A DNA stretch of 64,000 nt. Source: Diplonema japonicum. Taxonomy: Eukaryota > Protista > Euglenozoa: Diplonemea. The notes under the pieces were generated by a model. The model ran no database searches. It was given only the letters and a program-made list of their open reading frames with translations, and had not been told where the DNA came from. Location of the stretch: contig OZ025690.1 in NCBI GenBank assembly GCA_964019335.1, positions 1 to 64,000 on the forward strand, in the 5' to 3' direction. The translations under genes were made by a program, and so were the position numbers. Below, in pieces: positions 10,255 through 22,618 of this stretch (position 1 is the stretch's first letter; the number at the start of each line of letters is the position of its first letter).

Positions 10255-11972
10255 CTATGACTGGTACGTGTCGATCTGTATGAGTGACGATGATTGTGAT
10301 AATTGTTTAACCAATTGAATACCTTATCAAGGAAAGTGTTCGGGGTGGAGGGGTCAAAGTAGTCAACGATTTCGGGTGGGTAACATTTGTTGATAATCAT
10401 GATAGCTTCTTGTAACTTTGAGCCAGGCTCTGCCTTAACCTTCTGCAAGGTGGCGAGCCCCCTGTTCGCTACGAATTCCCTCTTTGCACCAATGTCGTTG
10501 GGCAATATCTTCGCAAACTGCCCGCACACATATTTCAAGATGTTGTGGGGCGCGTTGTTATGCAGAAGCGGCTCCAACGCAGGAAGGTGCACGCATTTCA
10601 TGATTACCGACTTCAGCGAGCGCTTAGCCTTCATCTTTAGGTCCTCAGACGAGTCTTTGTCAAGATACGCGTCCAGCAGCTTGGGAAGGATATTGCAATC
10701 GGCCACAGACTTTGCGTGTTCTGGTGTGTGCCTTCCTATCTGCCCTAAAGACCACGCTGCTGCTGCTCGCAAGTGATCTTCTGTCTCTTTTTCAAGAGCA
10801 TGCCCCAGTGGTGGGATCCCCCTGCTGACCACCACTGCAAGCGCCAAAGTATCCGAGAATGCACTGATGTATCCCAGCGTCATGATGCCCGGCAGCCTTG
10901 CGTTCCCCGTTGTTTCCTGCACGTAATCCACTAGCGCCCCCACACCACCTGCATTCACGATGAGCTGCGCCAGTTCCGGGGTATGCTTGGCCACCTCCCT
11001 AATGCATGTTGCCGCGTTCTTTCTCACAACGTCATCCAAGTCCTTCAGCAGCGAAAAAATCTTCGGGAAGATCTCACCTTCCACAACCAGCTCCGCCAAC
11101 TCAACAGAATGCTTCGCAATCTGCGCTAGGCACTGGCACACCTGTTCCGGTTGCTTTTTTTTGTGTGGCATACCTGTCGTTTAAGTTTTGAGTCCGTGCT
11201 TGTGATCAAAGGTGCTAAATGGTTGATGGCACAGCTGTCGACAACCACCTGTGCCAGCTCAGGTGAGTGTTTCGCGATATCGGACAAGGTAGATGCTGCG
11301 ATGCGTTTCAAGGTGAGCTCCGGTTCTTGCACGCAAAGCACCAAGTAGTGTGTGGCACCGTTGTCCACCACGGCCTGTGGTAATTAGATTTATTTCCTAA
11401 TATTCTTCGCTTCTTCATACCTGCGCTAAATCCGCGTTATGCCTAGCAATGTACCCCAATGCCCAGGCAGCGCCCTCTTTCACGCCAGGATCGAACTCTT
11501 CAAGGCAGCCAACTAGCTGGTCGACTGCGCCAGCATCGACGACGGCCTGCGCCAGCTGGGGGGAATGCTTGGCAACGGAACGCAGCACGAAAGCGGCTGA
11601 TTTTTTGTAGTATCTGTTCTGTTCTGACAGCGAGTACACCTGTGAGGTAAGAGTGGTCTGTGGACATACCAACTGCTGCAGGATGTCCTGTTGCACGACT
11701 TGTTCTGCCAGCTCGTCGCTGTACGCGGCCAGTCTGTATGTGTGATCGATGTACGAAAGAAAGATAAACCAATACCTTCCTAATGCCAGTGCCGCTGACT
11801 GCTGCACGCTTTCCACGTTGTCAAGTAGCAGCGGTCGCAGAAGCGCCATCACCCCAGCGCTCTTCAGAGCGAGGATGTACGGCGGTCGTGTAGCAAACTC
11901 AGCCACAGCTTGCACAAACTTCACACGTGCTCGCTGGTACTCCTCAAAGGTCTGCATCATTTGCCGCGACAT
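10255..11972 (-). CDS. PF16: Axonemal central-apparatus armadillo-repeat protein PF16/SPAG6, six exons
   Basis: MSRQMMQTFEEYQRARVKFVQAVAE..., repeated IAKHSPELAQ ARM motifs. GT-AG introns at 11734-11775, 11640-11669, 11375-11420, 11142-11173 and 10276-10322 give a continuous frame. Confidence 0.95.
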
Positions 11973-12335
11973 CTTGCCTGTGCATGGTGCGCATGGTGAA
12001 GCAAAATGCAAAAACAACTGATCCGCGATTGATGGAAAAAAAACAGGGGTAGAAGTGTTCGCAATGATCCCACAAAAAGGGGGGGAAATAGAAACACAAC
12101 AAGGCAAATGAAAAAAAACTCAAACCTGTTTTTCTTGTTGCCTTCTTTTGGGGCTAGGAATTAATATACTCATACGTTTGAGCCCCCCCTCCCTACTACG
12201 CTTAGGTCTTTTGATAAGAAATTCTTTTTTATCACCCCCATATCCCACCCCCCCACCCCCCCCTATTCTTTTTTCGCTTGTTTCTTCTTCCCCGATTGTT
12301 TTTCCATCTGTAGTTCTTTTTTTTTCTTCTCCTGT

Positions 12336-13184
12336 TCATACCTTTTTCTGCCTTTCCTGTTCGAAGTATTGACCGGACGCCATGAGCTTGTCCTCTGTTC
12401 TGAGAGTCGGTTCTGGAGGGAAGATGCTTTTTGGCTTCTTGGGCTCTCTCTTGGGTTTCTTCTTTGGTTTTTCCGCCCCTTCGTCACCCTCTGCCTGGGA
12501 AAGGTTGCGTTTTTTCTGGTGGGTTTTTCTGAATTGCGGGACGTAGCGGGTCCAGTCCTCGTTCTTCATCTCATCGTCCTTTCCAAGCTCGCGTTTGATG
12601 AGGAGCTGCTTGATGCCGTAGATGGGGTGGATGTTTTGCATGCAGTCGGTGACTATCTTGCGGACGGCCTTGCAACCCTTCCAGGTTCCCATGACTGCGA
12701 CTGTGTTTCCCTGTACGAGAATGTAGCTTTCGGTAAGAAGCTCGAGTGCTTTGAGCGTTTGAGCGTTGGGGCCGATGAGACGCTGCCTCCTTTTGACAAA
12801 GCGTTCCTTGTGCCTGACAAGGGAACCGATTTTAATGATATCGTAAGTGATTTCGTCCTTGAAAATCTTCTGCGCCTGATGAAGCGGGACACTCCTGCTC
12901 AGCAGCTTTATGAAATCCCTCGCTTTAATAATGCTGTACGGGTCCCACGTCGTCTTCGTGGTCAGAACTGTCACGGAGCCGTCAATTAGGTCGAGCTTTC
13001 CCTCCAGGTTCTGGTTCTTCAGCACAACCATGACATCTTTCCACACCGTCTGAAGGTAGTTCTCCAAGTACTTCGGGAACAATGTTGCGAACTTGCTCTG
13101 CTCCGTCAGGAACGGCTTCACAGTATCCTTTGTCCACTCCGGGACAACGTACTTTCCTTCCTCTGTTTTCTCCGTTTCGGCCAT
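12336..13184 (-). CDS. KRR1: KRR1 small-subunit processome KH-domain protein (3' end may continue after an intron)
   Basis: SKFATLFPKYLENYL, TWDPYSIIKARDFIKLLSRSVP, ERFVKRRQRLIGPN..TLKALELLT, NIHPIYGIKQLLIKREL. Confidence 0.95.
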   Translation of the reverse strand: MAETEKTEEGKYVVPEWTKDTVKPFLTEQSKFATLFPKYLENYLQTVWKDVMVVLKNQNLEGKLDLIDGSVTVLTTKTTWDPYSIIKARDFIKLLSRSVPLHQAQKIFKDEITYDIIKIGSLVRHKERFVKRRQRLIGPNAQTLKALELLTESYILVQGNTVAVMGTWKGCKAVRKIVTDCMQNIHPIYGIKQLLIKRELGKDDEMKNEDWTRYVPQFRKTHQKKRNLSQAEGDEGAEKPKKKPKREPKKPKSIFPPEPTLRTEDKLMASGQYFEQERQKKV

Positions 13185-13685
13185 TTCTTTTAAATTTGTA
13201 TTTTTCTGGTACCTTTTTTTTCCCCCTTTTATTTTCATACGCCTTCAAATAAATAAAATATATCAACCCCCACCATAAGAAAAAAAAAAAGGACACACAC
13301 TTTTTTTTTCTTTTTTTAAATAAACTTTCTAACCATTATTTTCTCTTTTTCTTTTCTTCTTTGTACTTAACTGTCCTCCGCACCATAAAAGATAGTTAAA
13401 GAGTGCCCTTTTTTTTCTTTCTGTTATTACTTTAAATCTTGGGGACAGGGAAGGGAAATGGGAAGATAATGTTAAAAAAAAGAAGGGGGGGGGGGGAGCT
13501 GTTAAAAAGGTAAGGTTTGGAGGGAAAAAAAAAAGCTGTGGGAAGAAGACTCTAGAAAAACACACTTTCTTTTTTAAACGCCCTTCCCCACTACTCAACC
13601 AAAGAGGGGAAGGTCCAACCTTTTCTTATTTTTTATTTTATTCTGTTTTCTTATTATTTCCATCTTTTTTTCGTGTAGGTTACTT

Positions 13686-15004
13686 CTATTTCTCAGCCAC
13701 TCTCGCGAGCCTTTGCACTCTGTTCAGCAGAATATCACCCTCTTTCAGGAACTATGGGAATAAAAAAAAGTTTTTTTTCAAAAAAAAAAAAAAAAAACTA
13801 TGGTGTATACCTTCTGGTACTGGAAACTCCTGCTGTTCGTTTGCGCGGTTTCGACGCTACCGCTCACCTTGTCCACCTTGCAGCTCAGCCTGCCTGATGC
13901 GATGAAGATGCTGAGCTGGTGATCCAGCAGTTCAATAGGCTGTAAAAAAAGAATTACAATTATTTCCCCTCCCCGTCTTCATACAATACAGAACGACTCA
14001 GCCATGGACTGCAAGGTGACGGACCTGTACGACTGGAGGAACTGCTTGAATGCAAGCAGCCTCATTTCTCGGTAGAAGTAGTTGACGTGAAGCGCAGTGT
14101 AGACATGGCACAGCATCTCCTCACAGACGGCACTGAGAGAGTCGAAGAACTCATGGTACTTGCAGTCGTAAAGAGAATGGATACACTTCTTGAGGTTGGG
14201 CAGTTCAGGGAAAACCTGCAGGACCTCGGAAGACGAGAGCACCTTCTTCTTGAGCCCCTGTCTGTCGAGGGTCACGACGGCGGTGAGCGTGGTGTAAAGA
14301 ATGAAGTTTTTGTACTGCACAAGCTCGCCGCTGCTGAAGGCGCTGAGCGCTTCAAGGAGCAACTCTGCAGACTTTTTGAACTGCCTCTTCGACAGAAGAT
14401 AAACACCTTCATAGACCTTCAATCTGTTCCGCCTCTCCCAGTCGCCTTCCACTAAGAGTAATTCATGAGCCGCATCGATGCCCTCCTGAATCAGAGTAGG
14501 GTCGTTGAATGCAAAGCCCAGCCTGATCCTTTGGAAGGCAAGGTCCAGCTTCGGGCCCAAACCCACTTTCCCCGTTTCAAGCGCCTTTTTGTTGAACTTC
14601 AAACACTCCGCCCTATCTCCTATCCTTGCCATGTAGTTGGCCTGCTCGATGATGATCTCGCGCACCTCTGTCTCCCCGTAGTTCTCTTCGGCGTCGGCGA
14701 GCTTGTCCTCAAGCTCCTTCATCTTTTTCTCGTTGTTCTCCTTCATCTTTTTCATCTTCACCTCGTCAATCGGCCACATAAAGCTTTCATACAGGAACTG
14801 GTAGTAAGGCGCCATGTCGTGTTGCTCTATCTCCGCCAGAATGTCCTTCTGGATCTTGTCCTTGTCCTCAAACTGCTTGTGCTCTGACGTGTACTCGAAT
14901 CTCTTCTGCAGAAGCAACAGCAGCGGGTCCACTTCGACCACCTCCTCCTCTACCTCCTCCTTCTCCATATCAATGTCATCAACATGCACCTTCCACGAAG
15001 TCAT
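13686..15004 (-). CDS. RPN7: 26S proteasome lid subunit RPN7/PSMD6
   Basis: MAPYY, GDWERRNRLKVYEG, YYREMR..AFKQFLQSYRSVTL. Introns 13940-13984 and 13752-13810 add the PCI tail ending GDILLNRVQRLARVAEK. A possible extra in-frame 5' exon lies near 15243-15294. Confidence 0.95.
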
Positions 15005-16499
15005 TTTGCCTATGGGAATAGTGTGTTTGGTTAATCCTTTATTCCCGTTCTTGTTCTCCTCGAAAAAAAAAAAAAGACTGATTTCTTTTTTTCCCTCTTT
15101 GTTTTTTTTTTTTTTCTAAGAAATTTGAAACGAAGCCTTTTTTCCTTCTCCCCCTTCCTCCCCTCCCCTTCTGTTCTTTCTTTAAAAAAAAAAAGGAGGA
15201 AGCATTATTTTTCTTTTGCCATAGCTGCTCTGTTACACATACTTTCTGTTGGTGTTCTTACACTTGGCGACCTCCTCCCGCCCCAGGTGGCCATGGTGCC
15301 TTCATGAGTGGTGAACTCATGGAAGGCCCACGCGTGACACATTATAAAAAAAAACGACGGGGAGAAAAAGTAAATGGGGGGAATACTACAATGAAAGTTT
15401 CGGTGGGATATATAGGGCAGTTCAACCCAAAGACCACGTCAGGGAATTGGAAAACAAAAAGAAGCAACAACGACAAATCAAGATAAAGATGGCAATAAGC
15501 TTGAGGATACTTCTTTTTTTTTTTTTCCTTCCTTGCTAGAGGAATCTAAAACTGATAGGGAAAATAAGAGTGGCAGATTTCCGGCTAAAAAAAACCAGGC
15601 AAAATCTTTTATGGAAGCCCTCCACTAGAATACCCATGACCCGTAAACCCGCTTTCCCGTAGTATTAACAAATAGAGGTGAAGAATAAGGAGAACACGGA
15701 CAAAAAAATGCAAAAAAAAAGGGGGTGTTCTCAAATGCAGGACTAAAAAAAGAAAGAAGATTCCTTTGATACTTATTACGGAGGACCAACTGTAAGGGTT
15801 TCTGTGGTGTGAGCACCAAAGGGATCCTCATGCCATGCTTTCACACGGACCAAGTACTGAAGATCTGCCAGCTCGCATGAGCAAGCCTTCTAGTTTATTC
15901 TCTTGTTTCTATCCAAGTTTTTTGTGTTGTTCTTCTTCGTTCCTTTTTTTTTTCTTTGTTTCTTTCTCAGCAAAGCCTGCAAGTTTCCAAAGTCACCCGG
16001 CCAGAGAGATGCATCGTAAAATAAAAGGGGGACAAAAAGATAATAAAAAGGGGGGAAGGGGGGGGGGGGTGCGAAAGGGCTGATGGAGGAAAAAGAGAAT
16101 AAAAAATAAAAACGACCACAAAAAGACAAAAGAAAAAAAACCCCCCTTTTCCCCTCTCCCCTACAATAAGCTCCCAAGACAGAAGTGATTTTCTGGCCAA
16201 GAGTAAATCACAGGCCTGTTTTCCTTATTGGTTTGCTCCCTTTTTTTTTCTTCTTTCTCCCTCTTCCCTTCACAGCACCATCACAAAGCGCTGCAGTATC
16301 GAACACAATAGGGAAAAAAGGCGATGTTTAGGGAAAATCCCACTTGAGGACCCCTAGAACAAAACAAAAAAAAGGAAACGTGCTCCAGGAATGAAAACTG
16401 TCTGAGAGCAATAAAGTCGGGAAAAGGCAAACGCCAAGAAAGTCGCGAAGTGCTGACAACCAAGAAAGAACAGGAAAAAGAGAAACAAGAAAAGAGAAT

Positions 16500-18578
16500 C
16501 TATAACACATTCTCAACAGGTTCGTACTCGTACCCTGCTGAAGTGATGCTGAGGACATTCGTGTGTTGCTCCGTAAGACACAAACTTCTTGCCGCAGTTA
16601 TCACAGTGATACCAAGAGCCTTGCAAGTCTTGTACACATACGCCTCGACCTGATAAGAGGGTAATGCGCATGTAAGTTAATAACATACCTCAGCAGACAG
16701 GTGTGACGTGCACTCGTCGAAGAGCGCGTAGCGTGGAAGGTGGTAGAACATCCTTGCGATGCCAACACACTGCCTCTGCTGCATCGAGAGGCACTCCCTC
16801 CAGTCCTTTGTTTCCTTCAAGCTCCACGTCCCGAGGATCGTCTGTTGTGGTGATTTAAGGTTAACCATTTACCAGAATACCTGACTATGGTCTATTAAGC
16901 ATAGCAACTTCGCCAGGTTGCCGTCACTCACGCCCAGCGCCTTCGCCTCCTCCTCCGTGTGCGGATAGATCACTTGGTCCCGCAGTGTCCCGTCAACCAG
17001 ATGCGTCATTTCAGACAAGTACTGCATGTCACTGGGCCGCGGCTTCGTGATGCTTCCGGAGTGCAGTTTCCACAACCCGCCCAGCATTCTGAAAATAGCG
17101 GTCTTCCCAGACCCCTTCCTCCCCGTGATTAGCAGGTTCTCCCCCTCCTCGACTGTGAACGACAAGTCCTTCAGCAGCACAAGCCCCTCCGGTGTCGTCA
17201 CCGCCACCTTCCTGAACTGTATGTTGTTCGCTGCGTGTGTCGGCGACGTGTTGGGCGACGACCTGTTCGACGGCGGGGACCTCCTGCCATGGTAGGACCT
17301 CTTGCCCTCTTCCTGGTCCTCTTCCCTGCACTTCGCCCTCCACGATGCGATCCACTCGTCTGCCTGCTCAGGAGCATTGTGCACATCCCTTGGCTTATCT
17401 TTCAGAGTAGGGGGGTATGCTATTCTGCACTCCTCAACAGTGTCAATAAGCCCGGCAACGTTGATGGTGACGTCTTCGATGCCTGTCATGAGGCTGAACC
17501 CATCCCTTATCTCGCTGATTCCTCTGTTTAGCTCCGTCAGGCTCTTCAAGCAGATGATGTAGTCCCTCATCATCACGTTGCTCGTCTTGAACTTCACTCT
17601 TTGCAACCCGAGAAGGTACGGCGACAGTAGCACGGCATACCCAGCGACGGAGGCACCGTACTTCAGGAGCAGCGTATCGTAGGCTGTTACGAGTGCGTGC
17701 CTGGCGCGTACAGACGTGCTGTCTGTAGTGGCGGCATCCAGCAAGTTCTGGATCATGATCCTGTCGCGCGAGGCGCCGCCGTTGAAGGCGATCTCATCTG
17801 AGTCCTTGATGACGTCGCGGTGTGCTGCTCTGTGGCGCTTCTCGTAGGCTGATTGCGGAGTCTCAGTCTTGGGCACTAATAGATTCGAGAGCTGCTGCCT
17901 CATGCCGAAGTAGGCCCAGATGATGGCAGGTCCCTGCCAGCCGATGATGCTGGCGAGACTAAGAGTGTAGATAACAACATCGATAAAAGGCTTCACAAGG
18001 TGGCAATAGATGTTGGCAACCTGCTCGCTGTACTGCTCAACGCCCTTTGTGATGGTCTCGTCGGGTCTGTCCGTGCTGTTGTGTGCCGCCCTGAGGAAGG
18101 ATGTGCCGTTGAGGTATCTCTTGTTGATGTACTGCGAGAGGTTTTTCCTCATCGTCATGCTTAGCATGTCTTGCACGTACTTCAAGGCGGCGTTCACGAA
18201 CGTCGCAGGGATGGACAGCAGTGCGAACTGTGTAATGCTCCTGTTGAGTCCTGTCCACCTGCGGCTCACGAAGTTCGTCGCCGTCATCGCACCCAGCTTC
18301 ACGTGGATGATGCTCAACCCCGTCCTAAGTAACAGTAGCACGGTTAACGCCACCATGTACCCAGTCTCCTTCGAACGCGCTGACGGTACGCATATCGACA
18401 GCAAACTCACAAACTTCCTCAAGAAATGCAGATTGTTCTTCCTCCTCTCCTGAATAGTCTTTACACTAACTCCCCGGCTTTTCCTGTTACCCAACACGAG
18501 TCTCATAAGCATGCACAACGTAGTTACGATGAAAAGCATCCTGATAGAAGGCATCTTGGCCATGCTTACAGACGTCAT
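16500..18578 (-). CDS. Peroxisomal/glycosomal ABCD-family half transporter with degenerate signature motif
   Basis: ABCD-type membrane domain (PATFVNAALKY, VKPFIDV, EIAFNGG), Walker A GRKGSGKT, IARMFYH.PRYALFDECTS. Introns 16842-16880 and 16650-16688. Confidence 0.9.
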
Positions 18579-18699
18579 CTTGGGGTTGTGACAAAGGCCC
18601 CTATTGTGGATACGCTAAGATACGTAAAGGAAATCAGATTTATGGGAACGGTAAGGGCCCACGATGAAAAATATAAAAAATAAATTCAAATCCAAAGGT

Positions 18700-19920
18700 C
18701 TAGACATCAAAACCTGGCATCGTTGCCCTTCGCGGATTGGTGAGAAGGTCAGCTAGCACTGCCACCATACCTGCCACACCCTCGTACAGGGAGAGGGGTC
18801 TGTCGCTCACGCGGTAGAACCTAGTGTATTCGTGTACCATGTACATGGATATATGTATCGTGACCCCCAGCCATGCAATGTTTCCTGTGACTCTGTACAG
18901 TGCAAGGAGAGCATATACACTCCCAGACACACCGTGGCAAAGCCCCACACCTTTTGTTTTTATGTTGTTTTTTAAAAAACTACCCGTCTTCTCCGCCTTG
19001 GCTAGGTACAGCGAATCTCCGAACACCTCGTACGCCTTGCAGTACAGCAGGATGAATCCAGGTGCGCCGTGACAAAACTGTGCAAGCCGTCCTCCCTTGC
19101 CGAGTGACGAGGGGTAATTGCCTGTGGGTAGCTCTAACAATGTCAGTTCCTTTAATGTGGCCTCGATGCTGGGGACTATGGCAGGGTTGATAGACATGAG
19201 TAGGTCGAGGGGGCAAAGCAGCAGCGTGTGCAGGATGCCCGCCACGCCATGGGCCGCGCCGTAGTACACCTTGTCGTGCCACATGTACATCAGCGTCTGA
19301 AGGGGGGTTACGCCACTTCGTTGCAATGCAGTAGAGCAGTCGACACCCTGTTGGAAAATCTGACGTATGACCCTGCACAAAACGTCGTTGTACCTGCTCT
19401 CGTACTTAGCAGGTATCACGTCCTTCACTTTCAGCAGTGAATACAAGTACCCGCTCCTTCCGTATAACAACTCACACTCCGATGCAGGCAGCATGAGCAC
19501 TGCCCTTGCCAACGACAGCAAGGCATCCGTGTGCGACTCATTATTAGCATGGTGCGTGCACTGCACAGCTAGGATACCCGACTTGCCTTCTAAGAACGTT
19601 GCATCTCTCCGCACTTCGTCTGCCTTGGTCCGTAAGATTCCCTCTCTCACCTTACAAACTTCTTCTCTTAAAGCATCAGGTAGTTCAACACCACTATCCA
19701 GCACCTTATCTATTGCCAATGCGAAGCCCATAGTTCCCACGTACACGCCAGCACCCCTTGTGTCTTCCTTATCACCACTGCACAACAGCTCCAAGCCGCT
19801 TACTAAACCCTCGATCAGGACGCTCCGCACCTGCCCGTTGCCTTCTGTTAGCATATGTTCCGACGTAACATTATAGGCCGCGCTGTAGCCATCGGCTTTG
19901 AGGTCGATTGTGTATTCCAT
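18700..19920 (-). CDS. LanC-like protein (LANCL/GCR2 family)
   Basis: ELLYGRSGYL, YYGAAHGVAGI, QFCHGAPG, GLCHGVSG, DRPLSLYEGVAG. Confidence 0.93.
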   Translation of the reverse strand: MEYTIDLKADGYSAAYNVTSEHMLTEGNGQVRSVLIEGLVSGLELLCSGDKEDTRGAGVYVGTMGFALAIDKVLDSGVELPDALREEVCKVREGILRTKADEVRRDATFLEGKSGILAVQCTHHANNESHTDALLSLARAVLMLPASECELLYGRSGYLYSLLKVKDVIPAKYESRYNDVLCRVIRQIFQQGVDCSTALQRSGVTPLQTLMYMWHDKVYYGAAHGVAGILHTLLLCPLDLLMSINPAIVPSIEATLKELTLLELPTGNYPSSLGKGGRLAQFCHGAPGFILLYCKAYEVFGDSLYLAKAEKTGSFLKNNIKTKGVGLCHGVSGSVYALLALYRVTGNIAWLGVTIHISMYMVHEYTRFYRVSDRPLSLYEGVAGMVAVLADLLTNPRRATMPGFDV

Positions 19921-19990
19921 TCCTTTGTGATGGGTAGCACGGAGGATGCCGTGGGGTGTAAATAGTACTCTAATTCTATGTTTTGGTTTC

Positions 19991-20502
19991 TCATGCTTTA
20001 CTCACCCAGTTTTGAAGGACCTTTTCGCATGCGTCGGGAACAGGGGTCTCTTTGGCTTCTTCAAGTGCTTTGTTCAACAGCTGCATATACAAGTGCATCT
20101 TAGACTCCTGCATACCTCTTTTAAAGAGTCTACATCCACATTTTCCATATCGGGGAGCTTCATAAGCTCCTCTACGATAGTAACCCGAAACAACCGTTCC
20201 TCGCTGAGGACTGAGGCAACACGTTTCTTTTCTTCCCTGTTTGTTTGTGTAGAAGCAAGAATGAACATACTTCTTCACCTCAGGCCCACCAATAATCCTG
20301 AACTTCGTCACCGTATCCTTTTTACTCAGCGTGAACTCTACTTCGCAGTTTGATGCGACGCTCATTGCATTCACATAACGCTGTTGATTCTGAACCATTA
20401 TTTTATTTTTCTTCATACAGCGTATTGATATTCCTTTCCGCCCACCATGATCGTATTAGCTGCTTTGTTCATCGCCGTCATCAGGCCACGAATAGAGGAC
20501 AT
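19991..20502 (-). CDS. Hypothetical ~134-aa protein, four exons
   Basis: GTATG..CAG introns at 20381-20418, 20237-20270 and 20081-20115 give an open frame MSSIRGLMTAMNKAANT...EKVLQNWVSKA. Confidence 0.7.
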
Positions 20503-20790
20503 CTTATCTAGTCGTGGTTTCCTAGTGGATTATGTAGATGCAAAGGACAAAAGGAGGAAGGAGGTGATCCTTGCTGATTCGAAGTGGGACTGATTCGAAG
20601 TGGGACGCTCTTGGAGGATACCGTTGGTTGAACTCGTGGGGTCGAAACAGTTCGCAAAGCCACCCCTACAGTAGTAGGAAAGTAGCCTGCGCGGTGAATC
20701 CATCCAGTTGTTCTACAAAGACCGGGTATTGACTTGGCATATAAATAATAACTCATTAATAAGAAAAAGAAGGAAGTGTACATGGTATTA

Positions 20791-22140
20791 TTACTTTGGT
20801 TTTCTGATCAAAGCCGTGTAAGTCTCCCCCGCACAGTAGCTGTCGTATTTTCCGTCAGTCGCATCACGTGTCAGGATGTACTCGAAGCGGTAGCCAAGGT
20901 CCTTGAGACAACCCTCCACGCTGAGCATGCGTATATTCTGCCAGCACTTGACAGGGTGCCAGTCGGTGTAGGTTTGCATGATGAGGAGTGTTCCGCCAGG
21001 CTTCAGGATCCTCATTACGTTTTTGTATGTTTCGCAGTGCCCGTCGCGCGTTACTGAGAAGACACCGTTCTCGAAAGCATAGTCCATAGACGCCGAGGGG
21101 ATGAAACTGAGGTCTCGCACGTCTGCCACACAGAAAGTTCCCTTCTTGTTCCGCTCCCTCACGTACGCCACTGCTGCCTTCGAATAATCTATGCCGTACA
21201 TGTCAATGTCGACGTGCTGCTTAATGTACTCTGTCAGAGTCCCGCAGCCCATCCCAATGTCCAGCACCTTGGACCCCTCCCGCACACCCAGTGTCTCTGC
21301 TATGCTTAGTGCAATCGTCTTCGTCATCTTCTTCGTCAGCCCCAGCCACATCCCATTCGTGTCATTCATATTCTTGCACCGCTCCTCCGTGCGTTGATCC
21401 CATTTTTCCGCGCTTGGCGCGCTGATGCTCTGGTCCACGCACTGGTCCTGCATAAAAGCATTCACTGTGACTGCTTCACTGCTTGGCTTCATCTCAACGT
21501 TACAGAGCCACCCCGTCCAAGGTGGCACACACGTGCACACACCTCTACTGTAATCGCACACACCTCTCCCACTGCACTCGTGAGGCTTGCCCGGACACAG
21601 GTGTGGCTTGCGATACTTATACTTCTCAAAGTACCTCTGGTCCGTCTTCTTGTCGAAGGTGGGATGAGCGCTTTGTGGAAGCTTGTTCACGAGGTAGCTG
21701 TCTGCAGTGATTTCGACATCTTTCAGGGCATCGTAGCGGTGCGGGCTGTCTAGGAAAGAGTAGTAAGGGCTTGATAGGTGGATGGCCAACTTTTGCTGTG
21801 ACTTCTTCGCCTCGTAGTCTTCGGGCTGCAGAACGTTGAACTCGTCGAGTATCGGAAATCGAACTACTGTCAACTTCTTAGTCTTCTTCTTGAGCTTCGG
21901 AGCCTTGCTCTCACTCACCACAGGAGCAGGTAAAGGCGAGGGAGGTGGTGTAGCTGGCAAACGGGGACGCATCGACGAGGGTATGTTGCGCCCATGCCCG
22001 ACTGCACGTATGCGGGTCTCTTTATCTAGCTTGTTCTCAAGGACCTGTATCCTCCGCATGAGGTGCAAGTACCCCACCAACGACAAGGCGATTATGATGC
22101 CATACAACCAAACTGCAGTGCTTTTCGTGCCTCGTGACAT
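20791..22140 (-). CDS. Type II membrane protein with EGF-like domain and class I SAM methyltransferase
   Basis: N-terminal TM helix, CSGRGVCDYSRGVCTCVPPWTGWLC, KVLDIGMGCG, YGIDYS, VADV, RILKPGG. Confidence 0.88.
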   Translation of the reverse strand: MSRGTKSTAVWLYGIIIALSLVGYLHLMRRIQVLENKLDKETRIRAVGHGRNIPSSMRPRLPATPPPSPLPAPVVSESKAPKLKKKTKKLTVVRFPILDEFNVLQPEDYEAKKSQQKLAIHLSSPYYSFLDSPHRYDALKDVEITADSYLVNKLPQSAHPTFDKKTDQRYFEKYKYRKPHLCPGKPHECSGRGVCDYSRGVCTCVPPWTGWLCNVEMKPSSEAVTVNAFMQDQCVDQSISAPSAEKWDQRTEERCKNMNDTNGMWLGLTKKMTKTIALSIAETLGVREGSKVLDIGMGCGTLTEYIKQHVDIDMYGIDYSKAAVAYVRERNKKGTFCVADVRDLSFIPSASMDYAFENGVFSVTRDGHCETYKNVMRILKPGGTLLIMQTYTDWHPVKCWQNIRMLSVEGCLKDLGYRFEYILTRDATDGKYDSYCAGETYTALIRKPK

Positions 22141-22618
22141 CTTTAAACTGCAGGGCTAGTCATGACATATGGTTATATTTAACAAAAACAAATATAAACA
22201 AATGACAAATCACAAAACCTGCACCTTTGAAATGCGAGAGGCAAGGTTGCAAATGATGAGAGATTTGAGGAGGCAACCCTCCATGTCGTGAGGGATTGGT
22301 GTAGGAGATGCATCTTGCGAAGCGGAGATGGCGATCAGCTGCTGAAGCAAAGCTCTTGTCGCGTCCAAGGACACGCACTGAGCAATGCCATGCATGGCAA
22401 CATTGCCATGCGCCATGCTTGCATCAAGACCCTTCATGCAACACTCTTCGTCCTCGATCCCATAATTTGTAATAAGTCGTCTTTTTTTTGACATGTGTAA
22501 AAGCCTGAATGTAGCCTCAGAGGTGAGCAAGTCTTAGGCATCATATTACTAAATACTATCTTCTTTGGTTGCCTTTTTCTTTCATTCGTTTCTTCTCTGC
22601 CTACTGCTAGGCCAAACA

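Noticed and set aside
18700-19920. Lanthipeptide biosynthetic cluster (LanC-like + ABC transporter + methyltransferase)
   Set aside because: The LanC is of the eukaryotic LANCL type, the ABC is peroxisomal ABCD, there is no dehydratase or precursor peptide, and gene order in such clusters is generally not functional.
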